The notes under the pieces were generated by a model that saw nothing but the letters and a program-made list of their open reading frames with translations, was not told the origin of the DNA and made no database searches. This document shows positions 20,345-29,851 of a stretch of 64,000 nt of DNA, piece after piece (position 1 is the first letter of the stretch; every line of letters begins with the position of its first letter). Source of the DNA: Tepidisphaera sp. Its GTDB lineage: Bacteria > Planctomycetota > Phycisphaerae > Phycisphaerales > UBA1924. A program made the position numbers and the translations under genes. The stretch spans positions 736,001 through 800,000 of the forward strand of contig CP051526.1 of assembly GCA_050916045.1 (NCBI GenBank), in the 5' to 3' direction.

Positions 20345-21484
20345 TCAGTTCAGCAGGATCGCCGCGAAGGTGTCGCGGGTCGTCGTCGGCTTGGCCATGT
20401 TGGGGTTGACCCCCGCAGCCTCGGCCAGCGCCGCTTCGACTTCTTCGGGCTTCTTCGTGCCCAGGAAGCTCGACTCCAGCACGAGGCGGATCTTCTCCAT
20501 GGCCTTGTTCTGGATCTGGCGGACGCGTTCCTTCGTGACGCCGATGATCTGCCCGACCTGCTCGAGGGTCATGGGCTTTTCCTGCTCGCCGCTCTCGAGA
20601 CCGAAGCGGTGCTCGATCACGGTGCGCTCGACGTCCGTCAGTTCGGCCCGGTTCTCGAGCACGATCTGCTTGACCGCTTCGGCGGCATCCTTCTCGAACG
20701 TCGACCGCTTGGTCTCGAGGAAGTTGGACTTCTCGAGCTTGGGGTCAAAGTCGGTGGGGAATCGCTGGCGGTACTTGCTGAGCTTCATGCCTTGGCGGCT
20801 GAAAGCCTTCAGGATCGCTCGGCAGGCGTAGGTCGAGAACTTGTACCCGCGGCCGGCGTCGAACTTGTCGACGGCGCGGAGCAGAGCCATGTTGCCCTCG
20901 CTGACCAGGTCGGCGAAGTCCACCTCGCTCATGCGCGTCCGCTTGGCCATCGCGAGCACGAGCGCGAGGTTCGTCTCGGCGATCTGCACGCGGATGCGGT
21001 CGGCGATGCGGTGCCACCGCAGGATTTCCAGCGCCTCTTCAGGCGTCGGCTTCTTGCTGGGGGACGCCCAGACATCCTGCTGGATCTTCCACACGCGGTA
21101 CCGCGCGTAGTTGAACTTGTGGAAAAGCACCTTCTCCTGCTTGCCGGAGAGGATGACCTGTTGGGCGCTCTTGACCGTCCGGTTCCGCGTCGTGCTGGAC
21201 AGATCGTCCATCACCGGGTGGTACCACGAGGTGTCCGGGAGCGGGACCGCATCCACGCGTTCGTAGATGTTCTTGTCCGCTTCCTCCTCGTAGAACTCCG
21301 GGCTGTCGATGAAATCCTGCTCGCAGGCCATGATCTGGCTCAAAAGCCGCTCATCGTCCGCGCTCAGGACCACAACCGCCGCTTTGTCCTTGCCCTTTCC
21401 AGCCGGAGTGATGGTCGTCTGCGTCCGACGCCGACGGCGCACCTGCTCCAGAGGACTGACTGTTCGTTTCGTGACTTCTCGCAT
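20345..21484 (-). CDS. RNA polymerase sigma-70 family factor (RpoD-like regions 2 and 4)
   Basis: NLALV..AKR, DLVSEGN..L.RAVDKFD..RGYKFSTYA, TLEQVG..IGVTKERVRQIQ.KA. Confidence 0.92.
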   Translation of the reverse strand: MREVTKRTVSPLEQVRRRRRTQTTITPAGKGKDKAAVVVLSADDERLLSQIMACEQDFIDSPEFYEEEADKNIYERVDAVPLPDTSWYHPVMDDLSSTTRNRTVKSAQQVILSGKQEKVLFHKFNYARYRVWKIQQDVWASPSKKPTPEEALEILRWHRIADRIRVQIAETNLALVLAMAKRTRMSEVDFADLVSEGNMALLRAVDKFDAGRGYKFSTYACRAILKAFSRQGMKLSKYRQRFPTDFDPKLEKSNFLETKRSTFEKDAAEAVKQIVLENRAELTDVERTVIEHRFGLESGEQEKPMTLEQVGQIIGVTKERVRQIQNKAMEKIRLVLESSFLGTKKPEEVEAALAEAAGVNPNMAKPTTTRDTFAAILLN

Positions 21485-22378
21485 GGCTTCATGCCTCAAA
21501 TGTGGACCGGACCAAGTCGTCCCTGAGCCGGATCTCAGATCCGCGAACCCAGGCCGCTGTTCTCCCCACCACCCAAACACCGGCTCAACACCGACGCTTT
21601 CGGCTCCCCCTCATCATGAGGGGCCCAGAGCCCGCCAAGGTTCACCACAAACCGAGGCGACGACCAACTTCCTTCACCGAATCCCAAGCTCTTACGAACC
21701 CGGGCTTCGAATCCGGCTCCCGAACCTGAGTTCGCAGACCAGAACGTTCCGATTCAAACCATCCGCGTTTCGGCCCTTCGGCCGACCGGATCGTGCCACC
21801 ACCGCGCTCCCTCTCGGACGGTCCGTCGTCCCCGCTTCCACCCGCCCGGCTCCGCATCCTGCGTCGCCTCTACGTCCGCTCCCACCCCATCCTGCCCGCC
21901 GGCTCTCGCTCGACCGTCACGTCCGAGAACACCGTACGCCACCCAACCGAAGCGACCAACTCCGCTGTCATTCTACGACTTTCAGAGCCGCAGGTTCCGG
22001 TTCTTTAGAACCATTTGAACATACGGTTCAAGTTTCGAGACCTTCGTCAGAATGTCGAGCGACCAACATGACCACCGGCACGAACCTGATAGGTTCGCGT
22101 TCGGCTCCAGACGTCTCTTCTTCAACGGCCCACGAATTTGCCGATGCCCACAAAAGCCGTACGACGGTTCGCCCCGACCGTCGTCATCACCTGGACCTCC
22201 ACCATACCAGAAAAAGCCGACAATGCCAACCCGGAGATCACATTTTCCACACAGGATCTGCACGTGTGGAAAAACTCGGGTGAACACCCCACTCGCCGCC
22301 GGCTCTTGGGACCTCCTTCCCCGGGCCTTCCTCCCGCGGAGTACCGTTGAGTCTCACCCCACTCCGAAAGGAACCCAC

Positions 22379-23017
22379 ATGCCCATGACCCTTCCCAATC
22401 TCCCGTACGCCCATAACGCGCTGGAGCCCCACATCGATGCCAAGACCATGGAGATCCACCATGGCAAGCACCACAACGCCTACGTGACCAACGGCAACAA
22501 AGCCCTCGAAGGCACCAAGTTCGCCGACATGGACCCCGTGGCCATCATCAAGGCTCTCGCCGATGTTCCCGACGACAAGCGCGGCCCCGTCCGCAACAAC
22601 GTCGGCGGCCACGTCAACCACTCGATGTTCTGGGAACTCATGGCTGCTCCCGGCAAGGGCGGCGGCGGTGAGCCCGCCGGGGCCCTGAAAGCCGCGATCG
22701 ACAAGTCCTTCGGCGACTTCGCTCACTTCAAGGAAGAGTTCGCCAAAGCCTGCGCCGGCCGCTTCGGCTCCGGCTGGGCTTGGCTCGTCGTCCACAACGG
22801 CGCGGTCTCCATCTGTTCAACTCCCAACCAGGACAATCCTCTCATGGGCAAAGCCATCGCCGGCTGCGAAGGCACGCCCATCCTCGGCTGCGACGTCTGG
22901 GAACACGCGTACTACCTGAACTACCAGAACCGCCGCCCCGACTACGTCACCGCGTGGTGGAACGTCGTGAACTGGTCCAAGGTCGCCGAGCACTACGCGA
23001 AGGCAGGCGGGAAGTAA
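22379..23017 (+). CDS. sodA: Superoxide dismutase, Mn-type signature
   Basis: [36 protein letters not shown]. Confidence 0.95.
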   Translation: MPMTLPNLPYAHNALEPHIDAKTMEIHHGKHHNAYVTNGNKALEGTKFADMDPVAIIKALADVPDDKRGPVRNNVGGHVNHSMFWELMAAPGKGGGGEPAGALKAAIDKSFGDFAHFKEEFAKACAGRFGSGWAWLVVHNGAVSICSTPNQDNPLMGKAIAGCEGTPILGCDVWEHAYYLNYQNRRPDYVTAWWNVVNWSKVAEHYAKAGGK

Positions 23018-23052
23018 GGCCCGGAACGGGCCGGCAGAATCCACGACCGAAC

Positions 23053-23084
23053 GAGACGACCGCGCAAGCGGTCGTTTCTCTTTT
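23053..23084 (+). terminator. Rho-independent terminator of sodA
   Basis: GAGACGACCGC-GCAA-GCGGTCGTTTC followed by TCTTTT. Confidence 0.75.
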
Positions 23085-23102
23085 CGCTCGACGCAGGTGC
23101 GA

Positions 23103-23387
23103 TCAGCGCCGCTGACGCCGCATCACCACGAGCCCGCCCACGGCGAGCAGAGCCACGGTTCCCGGCGAGGGCACATCCTCCGCTCCGGTCGTCCCGCGAG
23201 CTTCGGGGGCGGCGGGCGCATCGCGGAGCGGACGCGCCGAGGGCCCGGCTTGGCCGAGGTCTTCCGGCAACTGACTCGACACGCCGCGGGGCGGCTGGAC
23301 CTGCGTCTCTCCTGGCGCAGGCCCAACCGCCGCCATCGCGACACCCACCGCGCACACGATCCCCCCCGTCAACACACCCGAACGCAT
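23103..23387 (-). CDS. Very small PEP-CTERM-like sorting-signal protein
   Basis: Signal-like N-terminus, short Pro-rich body, ends VPSPGTVALLAVGGLVVMRRQRR. Confidence 0.7.
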   Translation of the reverse strand: MRSGVLTGGIVCAVGVAMAAVGPAPGETQVQPPRGVSSQLPEDLGQAGPSARPLRDAPAAPEARGTTGAEDVPSPGTVALLAVGGLVVMRRQRR

Positions 23388-23642
23388 GATCTCCCTCTCT
23401 CCATGACTCGAAAGACGCACACCATCGTTCCCGACAGTGCGTGCTTGTCCACTCAGAGAGCGTCAAGATCCCGCGAGAAGCGCGATGAAAATGGAGCCGT
23501 AACGCTTGCACGACGTTCACTCTGCCTCCGGCTTGTCCATTTTCACAACGCGGCCACTCTCCAGTTCGGGGGGACATCGCGTTGCCTCGCTTCGTCGCGC
23601 GGAAGTATTGGGCGATACCTGACGAGATCTTTGCACCCAAGT

Positions 23643-23669
23643 AAAAGAGCCCTTCTCGCGAAGGGCTCT
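23643..23669 (-). terminator. Rho-independent terminator of ftsK
   Basis: Minus strand AGAGCCCTT-CGCGAG-AAGGGCTCT followed by TTT, just after the ftsK stop. Confidence 0.75.
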
Positions 23670-23695
23670 CGGATCACATGGGCTCGGTCGACGAC

Positions 23696-26600
23696 TTAGA
23701 GGTTCTCATCCTCATCATCGTCTTCCTTCCGCTCAAAGGGCGGGTCCTCGGCTCGGCGGACGGGTTCTTCGGGCTGGCTGTTGAAGAGAGCGGCTTGTTC
23801 TTCCTTACCTTTGACGGGCCAGGACAAGCCCTTTTGCTGGGCTTCTTCCTTCGCCATGGCTTTCATCATTTCCCATTCTTCGGGCGTGATGAGCACATCG
23901 CGAGCGACGGAGCCCTTGTGGTCGGAGATGATGCCGGCGATGCCCATGAGGTCGATCAGGCGGCTTGAGCGGGTGTAGCCGATCGCGAGGCGGCGCTGGA
24001 GCAAGCTGACGGAGCCGCGGCGGGATTCGAGGACGATCTCGACGGCGCGTTCGAAGAGGGGGTCTTCCTGAGCGGCTTTGAGGCTTGCGGAGGAGTTGTT
24101 CTTGCTTTGGAGGAGGCGGTCCTCGTCGGAGAGGGCGGCCTGGGTCGTGCCGTCCTCGCTGGGGCGGCGGAGCTGGAGCAGCTGGCGCTCGAAGCTCGGG
24201 CCGGCGACATCCTTCATGAAGCGGACGACGTGGCGGATTTCCTTGTCATCGACGAGGGTGCCCTGGGCGCGGCTCAGCTTGTTGGTGCGGGGGTTGAGGA
24301 AGAGCATGTCGCCGTGGCCCAGGAGCAGCTCAGCGCCCTTGCTGTCGAGGACGATGCGGCTGTCCATGCCGGAAGCGACGCGGAAAGCGACGCGGCAGGG
24401 CATGTTGCTCTTGATGAGGCCGGTGACGACGTTGGCCTGCGGGCGCTGGGTGGCGAGGATGAGGTGCATGCCGACGGCGCGGGCTTTCTGAGCGATGCGG
24501 ATGATGTGGGACTCGACCTCCTTGGCGGTCATCATGAGGTCGGCGAGCTCGTCGATGATGAAGACCATGTAGGGGAGCTTGCGGGGGACGCGGGCGCCTT
24601 CCTCGTCGGTGGCGATGTTGAGGCGTTCCTTGAGCTCTTCCCAGGTGAGTTCGTTGTAGCTTGCGATGTCGCGGCAGCCGGCTTCGGCGAGGAGCTCGTA
24701 CCGCTCATCCATCTTGGTGCAGGCCCATTCGAGGATGGCGGCGGCTTTGCCCATCTCGGTGACGACGGGGCACATGAGGTGCGGGATGTCCTTGAACTGC
24801 GACATCTCGACCATCTTGGGATCGACGAGGACCATCTTGAGCTCGCTGGGCTTCTTCGTGTAGAGGAAGCTCATGATGATGGTGTTCATGCACACGCTCT
24901 TGCCCGAGCCGGTGGTGCCGGCGATGAGCATGTGGGGCATCTTGGCGAGGTCTTCGATGAGGGGCTCGCCGCTGGCATCCTTGCCGAGGAACATCGGGAG
25001 CTTCATCGCCCCGAAGCGTTCGGTCTTGGCCATGAGCTCCTTGAGGCGGACCTTCTCCTTCTGGGAGTTGGGGACCTCGATGCCGATGGTGTCGCGGCCG
25101 GCCTGGTTGGGGACGATGCGGATGTTGACGGACTTGAGAGCCCGGGCGATGTCGCTGCTGACGGCGGAGACGGCCGAGACCTTGGTGCCCGGGGCGAGGC
25201 GGACGTCAAAGAGGGTGATGACGGGGCCGCTCTCGATGCCCACGACTTCGCCGTCGATGCCGTACTGCTGCATGGCGGATTCGAGGGCGGCGGCCTGCTC
25301 GCGGACGTACTCCTCGAGCTTGGCGTTGAAGTTCTCTTCGGGGTTCTCGAGGAGGTCCATGCCGGGGAAGCGGTACTGCTTGCCCTCGATCTCGAGCTGC
25401 TGGGCGGACTGGAACCCGGCGAGGTCGGCGTCGGTGGCGACCTCGCGGTTGTCCTGGCCGAACATCACGGGGAGCTTGGCCATCTTCTCGCGGAGGGCGT
25501 CCTTGTCGAAGATCTGGGGAGCGCCGGGGAGGTCTTCCTCCTCTTCCTCCTCGTCCTTGGCCTGGGCCGCTTCGTCGTCGGCGGATTCGTCGTCAGTTTC
25601 GTCGTCGGCTTCGTCGGTGGGTTCGGTCTCGTCGTCTTCGTCGGGCTCCTGGCCGCCCTTGGCTTCCTCGTCCGGATCATCGATGCCCAGGCGTGCGGCG
25701 CGATCGGCGAGGTCTTCGTCGGATTCGATCTCGGGCTCGGTCGCCACACTGCCACCCGTTTCACCGGGGAACATGGCGGCGGGCTGTTCCGCGACGTTCT
25801 TCGCGCGGCGGCCCCCGTTCTTGCGGCGTTCTTCGGCGCGGGCCTTCATCTCTTCGACGAAGTCGCCCGGCTCCGCGTCTGTCGCGGAGCCCGAGCCGCC
25901 CGAGCCGCGGAACATCGCGGCGATCTTGGCGAAGAGGCTTCCGCTCGCGCGGCCCGCGCCCACCGCCGCGGCGCCCGCGACGGGCAGCGCGACGCTCCCG
26001 GTGTACTTGCCCGCGACGATGGCCGCGGGGACGCCGCGGTCGCGCATGAAGCGGCCGGCCCAGAAGACAAGCTCATCGGCGGCCACGATCATGCCCACGA
26101 CGAGGAAAAGGATGAACCACAGGGCTGTCCCGACGATCCCGAAGCGTGCTTTGAGGAGTTCGGACGCGTTGACGCCGAGCTTGCCGCCGGCGAGATCGGC
26201 GAAGTGGCCGCTCGCGGGCCAGAGCAGGGCCTGCACACCCGCGATGCAGACGGCGACAAGGAAGACGCCGATGAGCCGCGTCCAGAGGTGCGAGGGGCGC
26301 ATGCCGATCGCGAGGGCGATGAGCCCCGCGCCCACGCCGCCGACCAAGACCCACGCGCCCCAGCCCGCCAACGTCAGCAGCTGATACGCGACCAGCGAGC
26401 CAAAGGCCCCGCAGAGGTTGGTGACGGCCGCTTTGTCCATGGTCGAGGTGTGGCTCGGCCAGTCGGCGGCTTTGAACGTGAGCAGGGCGATCAAGACAAA
26501 GGCCCAGGCCGCAAGCCCGGCGAGAATCCCGATCCGCGTCAGCACGCCCACCTTGACCCCCCCCCAATTTTCAAACCTTCCGGCGCCCGCCCCCCGGGGG

Positions 26601-26764
26601 TCTTCCGGCGTGCCTCCCCGCTTTCCGGCGTGGGAGCGAGGTGAAGGCTCAACGAACGAATCCGCCCCGAGCCCCTTCCGCGAGCGCCGCCCGGCCAAAG
26701 CCGCCGCGCCGGAGTCCAAAACAGAAGAAGAGGAGGGAGGAGGGGGGGGTGGTGGGGGTGTCAT
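23696..26764 (-). CDS. ftsK: DNA translocase FtsK (TM region, acidic linker, motor, gamma domain)
   Basis: PHMLIAGTTGSGKS, LVDPKMVE, IIDELADLMM, ATQRP, GAELLLG.GDML, S.LQRRL.IGY.R; start position uncertain. Confidence 0.95.
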   Translation of the reverse strand: MTPPPPPPPPSSSSVLDSGAAALAGRRSRKGLGADSFVEPSPRSHAGKRGGTPEDPRGAGAGRFENWGGVKVGVLTRIGILAGLAAWAFVLIALLTFKAADWPSHTSTMDKAAVTNLCGAFGSLVAYQLLTLAGWGAWVLVGGVGAGLIALAIGMRPSHLWTRLIGVFLVAVCIAGVQALLWPASGHFADLAGGKLGVNASELLKARFGIVGTALWFILFLVVGMIVAADELVFWAGRFMRDRGVPAAIVAGKYTGSVALPVAGAAAVGAGRASGSLFAKIAAMFRGSGGSGSATDAEPGDFVEEMKARAEERRKNGGRRAKNVAEQPAAMFPGETGGSVATEPEIESDEDLADRAARLGIDDPDEEAKGGQEPDEDDETEPTDEADDETDDESADDEAAQAKDEEEEEEDLPGAPQIFDKDALREKMAKLPVMFGQDNREVATDADLAGFQSAQQLEIEGKQYRFPGMDLLENPEENFNAKLEEYVREQAAALESAMQQYGIDGEVVGIESGPVITLFDVRLAPGTKVSAVSAVSSDIARALKSVNIRIVPNQAGRDTIGIEVPNSQKEKVRLKELMAKTERFGAMKLPMFLGKDASGEPLIEDLAKMPHMLIAGTTGSGKSVCMNTIIMSFLYTKKPSELKMVLVDPKMVEMSQFKDIPHLMCPVVTEMGKAAAILEWACTKMDERYELLAEAGCRDIASYNELTWEELKERLNIATDEEGARVPRKLPYMVFIIDELADLMMTAKEVESHIIRIAQKARAVGMHLILATQRPQANVVTGLIKSNMPCRVAFRVASGMDSRIVLDSKGAELLLGHGDMLFLNPRTNKLSRAQGTLVDDKEIRHVVRFMKDVAGPSFERQLLQLRRPSEDGTTQAALSDEDRLLQSKNNSSASLKAAQEDPLFERAVEIVLESRRGSVSLLQRRLAIGYTRSSRLIDLMGIAGIISDHKGSVARDVLITPEEWEMMKAMAKEEAQQKGLSWPVKGKEEQAALFNSQPEEPVRRAEDPPFERKEDDDEDENL

Positions 26765-26918
26765 GGGTAAGCATCCTTGCTTGAACCTCATCGTATCGGC
26801 CATTTGGCCCGAGAACCCCCACCCCGACTTCGTCCAGGACGCACACAACCCCGCTGGGAGTCTGCCAAGCGGGGTCGGGGCGTCGATTCGTCCGAACATG
26901 TTCCGATCGGCGGGCGGG

Positions 26919-27302
26919 TCAGGGGGCGACGTTGAACCGACGGAAGGTGGCGGTGTACGCGATCGACCACGCGCGGCCCCGGTCGGTGGCTTCGCCTTCT
27001 TCGAAGCGGATGAACGACATGTCCGCCCACGAGCGGCCCGCGCCGTCGAGGAGCGTGCCGGCGGTCGGGGGGTTGATGAGCATGTCCGTCACGGCGTCGC
27101 GAAGGGCCCAGAGGGCGGTCTCGCTGGTGGCGACCAGCCGCCCGGTCACGATCACGTCGAGTTCCTGGACACCCGACGGGTATGAGTTGGGGCCCGGAGA
27201 GGCGATCTGAGCGTCGACGAGGATGAACGAGCCTTGGCGTCCCTGTGCGAAGCGGTGGGGGCCGGAGCCGAAGATGTTCTGGCCTTTGAATGAACTTGGC
27301 AT
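26919..27302 (-). CDS. Putative phage tail/baseplate-like protein (127 aa)
   Basis: Last gene of the module; ATG abuts the upstream TAA; beta-rich with a '(L/V).GRL...L..L....GTL' pattern reminiscent of tail-tube/Dit-like folds (inference). Confidence 0.55.
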   Translation of the reverse strand: MPSSFKGQNIFGSGPHRFAQGRQGSFILVDAQIASPGPNSYPSGVQELDVIVTGRLVATSETALWALRDAVTDMLINPPTAGTLLDGAGRSWADMSFIRFEEGEATDRGRAWSIAYTATFRRFNVAP

Positions 27303-27737
27303 TTAGATCTCCGCTCCCGCGTCGGTGATGGTGATCGCGTCGGCCGCGCCGTCGGCGGACACCATGAGAAACCGCAGGACCCGGGTGGCGACGACGCCCG
27401 AGGCGGCGGATGCCCCGCTCCGAAGCTCGGTCTCGCTCGAAAGCAGCACCGCGACGCCGGAGAGTTTGCGGCGGGCGGTTTCGGACGCGGCCGGCGCGGT
27501 CCAGACCGCGAGCGTGCCGGAAGCCCCGGGCTTGAGGTCGGTCACATCCTCGCGGATGAGGTGCTGTCTGACCGAGACGGTCACGCGCTGCTCGGGCACG
27601 TCGGCGAAGGTGATGTGGGGCCCGCCGTCGCCGCGATCGGCGATGAGTTTGTCCGGGGCGCGGTCGATCGCGACGGCGGTGACGCTTTCGATGGTGGTGG
27701 CTCCGAACTTGACGGACCTTGGCATGAGCATGAGCAT
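27303..27737 (-). CDS. Putative phage tail-tube-like protein (144 aa)
   Basis: Follows the adaptor gene; size and alternating beta-strand pattern fit a tail-tube fold (inference). Confidence 0.5.
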   Translation of the reverse strand: MLMLMPRSVKFGATTIESVTAVAIDRAPDKLIADRGDGGPHITFADVPEQRVTVSVRQHLIREDVTDLKPGASGTLAVWTAPAASETARRKLSGVAVLLSSETELRSGASAASGVVATRVLRFLMVSADGAADAITITDAGAEI

Positions 27738-27782
27738 CAGGATTCCCCCTTTCCGCGCGACCGAGCGCGGCTGTGACTTGGT

Positions 27783-28433
27783 TCAGCCGCGCTTCATGCG
27801 GGCGACGCTCAGACCCCGGACCTCATCGGCGGCACCGTCGCCGTCGAGATCGAGCCGGATCCCGATGCGCTCGCGTTCCTTCACGAACCGCTCGCGGTAC
27901 CACTCCGCACGCTGGTGCCCCGGCGAGCCCGCACCGAGCAAACCCGAAGCCCCGGCCCAGATGATCGCGAGGGCCCCGAGGGCTTCGAGACGGATGACGC
28001 CAGGTTCGCGAAGGATCTTGCTTTCGTCGATGGCTCCGGAAGGCGCGGTGCCGGCGGCTTCGACGCCCGCGAGCCGGACGATCTCGGCGTGGGCCATGGC
28101 GATCTGCGGGGCGAAGGTCGCGATGGTGCATTCGACGCTCGCGGCGGCGGTGGGGGGGATGATGTCGGCGGCCGTGCTTTCGCGGAGGCGCGAGATCGTG
28201 AGCTGCGTCGCGCTGAGGCGTGCGGCGATCTCGTACGACACGCCCGCGGCGACGACGACGTGGCCGTCCCGCACGCCCGCCGCGTCCAGCGCGACCTCGG
28301 GCGAAGCGATCGTGAGCGTCGTGCCCGCGATGGTGCCGGTGCCGCGGCTGAGACGTTGCCCGACCCAGCCCACATCGCGGAAGAGGTTGGGTTCAAGCAC
28401 GAGAAGGTCCCGATCGGTCGCGAAGTTCGCCAT
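27783..28433 (-). CDS. Putative head-tail adaptor/connector protein
   Basis: Directly follows the capsid gene; N-terminal FATDRDL, helical core and C-terminal RLDLDGDGAADE; start could be at 28439. Confidence 0.6.
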   Translation of the reverse strand: MANFATDRDLLVLEPNLFRDVGWVGQRLSRGTGTIAGTTLTIASPEVALDAAGVRDGHVVVAAGVSYEIAARLSATQLTISRLRESTAADIIPPTAAASVECTIATFAPQIAMAHAEIVRLAGVEAAGTAPSGAIDESKILREPGVIRLEALGALAIIWAGASGLLGAGSPGHQRAEWYRERFVKERERIGIRLDLDGDGAADEVRGLSVARMKRG

Positions 28434-28510
28434 GCTCATCCTTTCGTCGTCGGTCCAATCCGCGGCGGGAGCCGTCAAGCCCGCGCCGCGGAGCAGTGAA
28501 GAGAAGAATT

Positions 28511-28542
28511 CACGAAGCCACGCAGTCACGAAGCCACACAGT
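28511..28542. repeat. 16-bp imperfect tandem duplication (8-bp periodic) between the capsid and adaptor genes
   Basis: cacgaagccacgcagt / cacgaagccacacagt. Confidence 0.55.
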
Positions 28543-28600
28543 CGCAAGACATGGGCAAGCCGTGAAGCGTGCCGCTCGTGCGCTTCCCGGTTCGCGTGCT

Positions 28601-29770
28601 TTACGTGATCGACAAGCCACGGATCGCCGCGTGGGCGTTCTCGTTCTTGAACTCCATGGTGTACTCGCCGATCACCTGCCCGTGGATCGCATCGCCGGTT
28701 GAGCCCATCGGCTTGTACTGGAAGCTGCGGCCCCGCAAGGGCAGCACCTCGATCCGCGAGCTGTCGAGCAGCAGAGCGGTGTCGGCGGGCACCCAGCGGC
28801 TCATGATGACCCGGCAGACGCCAAAGTCGCTTTCGTAGACGCCGACGAGGTCGCGGAACTTGACATCCTCCGGCTGGTACGCGCGGAGCGTGCTGGCGAA
28901 GGAGTTGATGCGACGCTTCTGCAGGCCGCTGACGACGATCGTGTCGATCTGGCCGCTGCTCTGCTCCCACGCGAGGCGCAGCGCGGAGTTGAGGACCAGC
29001 TCGTTGAGGTCGGTGCCCGCGCCGCCGCCCGCGGGGAAGCCGCTCTGCCCGGGCGTGAAGACGTTGGTCGTGATCTGCTTGACGATGCCGTTCATGGAGC
29101 GGCGGACGCTCGCCCCGCCCTGCGGCGTGGAGGTGGGAGCGGTCCCGTTGATGACGCAGCTTTCCAGGTCGCGGAGCAGTTCGCGCATGCGTTCCTGCTT
29201 CTGATAGTCGAGTTCGTCCGTCGTCCCGTGCTGCCGCGTGGCCTGCATCGACCCCGAGACCTCGACGGTGGCGGCGAAGATCTGGGTGTAGTTCTGCCTG
29301 CGCACGCGGTTGGTGAAACGGGCCGAGGCGGCGTCGGCGCCTTCGAGCGCAGCGTTGCCGAGGATGAAAAGCCTGCGGCCGTTGGCGAGCGTGGCTTTCA
29401 CGGTGCTGCCGTAGCCGCGGACGACGGTGAGGATGTTGCCGGCGACGGCGGTGACCTGCATGACTTCGACGCTCTGGTCGGGTCGGACGAGGTCTCCGAT
29501 CTGGAATCGGGCGCCGTTGACCACGGTGAGCGAGGTGGCGTTCTGCGGGTCGGGCGTGAAGGTCGTCTGGTTGAGGGCGTCGGTGTTGGGGAGGAGTGTG
29601 TCTTCGATCCATTCGTGGACCGTGCTGGTCGCGGCTTTCTTGGGGTCCCCGAGGTAATCCAGGAGCGGGGTTTCCCACGGCGAGACGATCCCGATGACAT
29701 CCGACACATCCTCGACGAGTTCCGGCAGGTCGGTGCCCGCGGCGAACGTCGGCTTTCCGGTAAACGGCAT
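28601..29770 (-). CDS. Major capsid protein, DUF5309/SU10-MCP-like (HK97 fold) with an inserted beta domain
   Basis: EDVSDVI..VSP.ETPLL, ST.HEW.ED.L, R.NYTQIF...V.VSGS, EL.YQ....RELLRDLE, V.VYESDFG, GD...GQVIGEYT.E..NE.AHA.I.GL. Confidence 0.85.
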   Translation of the reverse strand: MPFTGKPTFAAGTDLPELVEDVSDVIGIVSPWETPLLDYLGDPKKAATSTVHEWIEDTLLPNTDALNQTTFTPDPQNATSLTVVNGARFQIGDLVRPDQSVEVMQVTAVAGNILTVVRGYGSTVKATLANGRRLFILGNAALEGADAASARFTNRVRRQNYTQIFAATVEVSGSMQATRQHGTTDELDYQKQERMRELLRDLESCVINGTAPTSTPQGGASVRRSMNGIVKQITTNVFTPGQSGFPAGGGAGTDLNELVLNSALRLAWEQSSGQIDTIVVSGLQKRRINSFASTLRAYQPEDVKFRDLVGVYESDFGVCRVIMSRWVPADTALLLDSSRIEVLPLRGRSFQYKPMGSTGDAIHGQVIGEYTMEFKNENAHAAIRGLSIT

Positions 29771-29851
29771 GCAAAATCCTCCTGTGGACCCCCCGACCCC
29801 GCCAGCGAAGCTCGCGCACGCGGCGAGCAAGGCGCGGGGCGGATGATCCGG

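Noticed and set aside
23696..26764. FtsK as a dedicated viral packaging ATPase
   Set aside because: It has the full housekeeping architecture (TM domain, linker, gamma domain), and portal-type heads normally use terminases. Kept only as an adjacency note.
28601..29770. Encapsulin nanocompartment
   Set aside because: Motifs are DUF5309/SU10-capsid-like and the gene sits with a portal and scaffold, which encapsulin operons lack; no cargo enzyme is adjacent.
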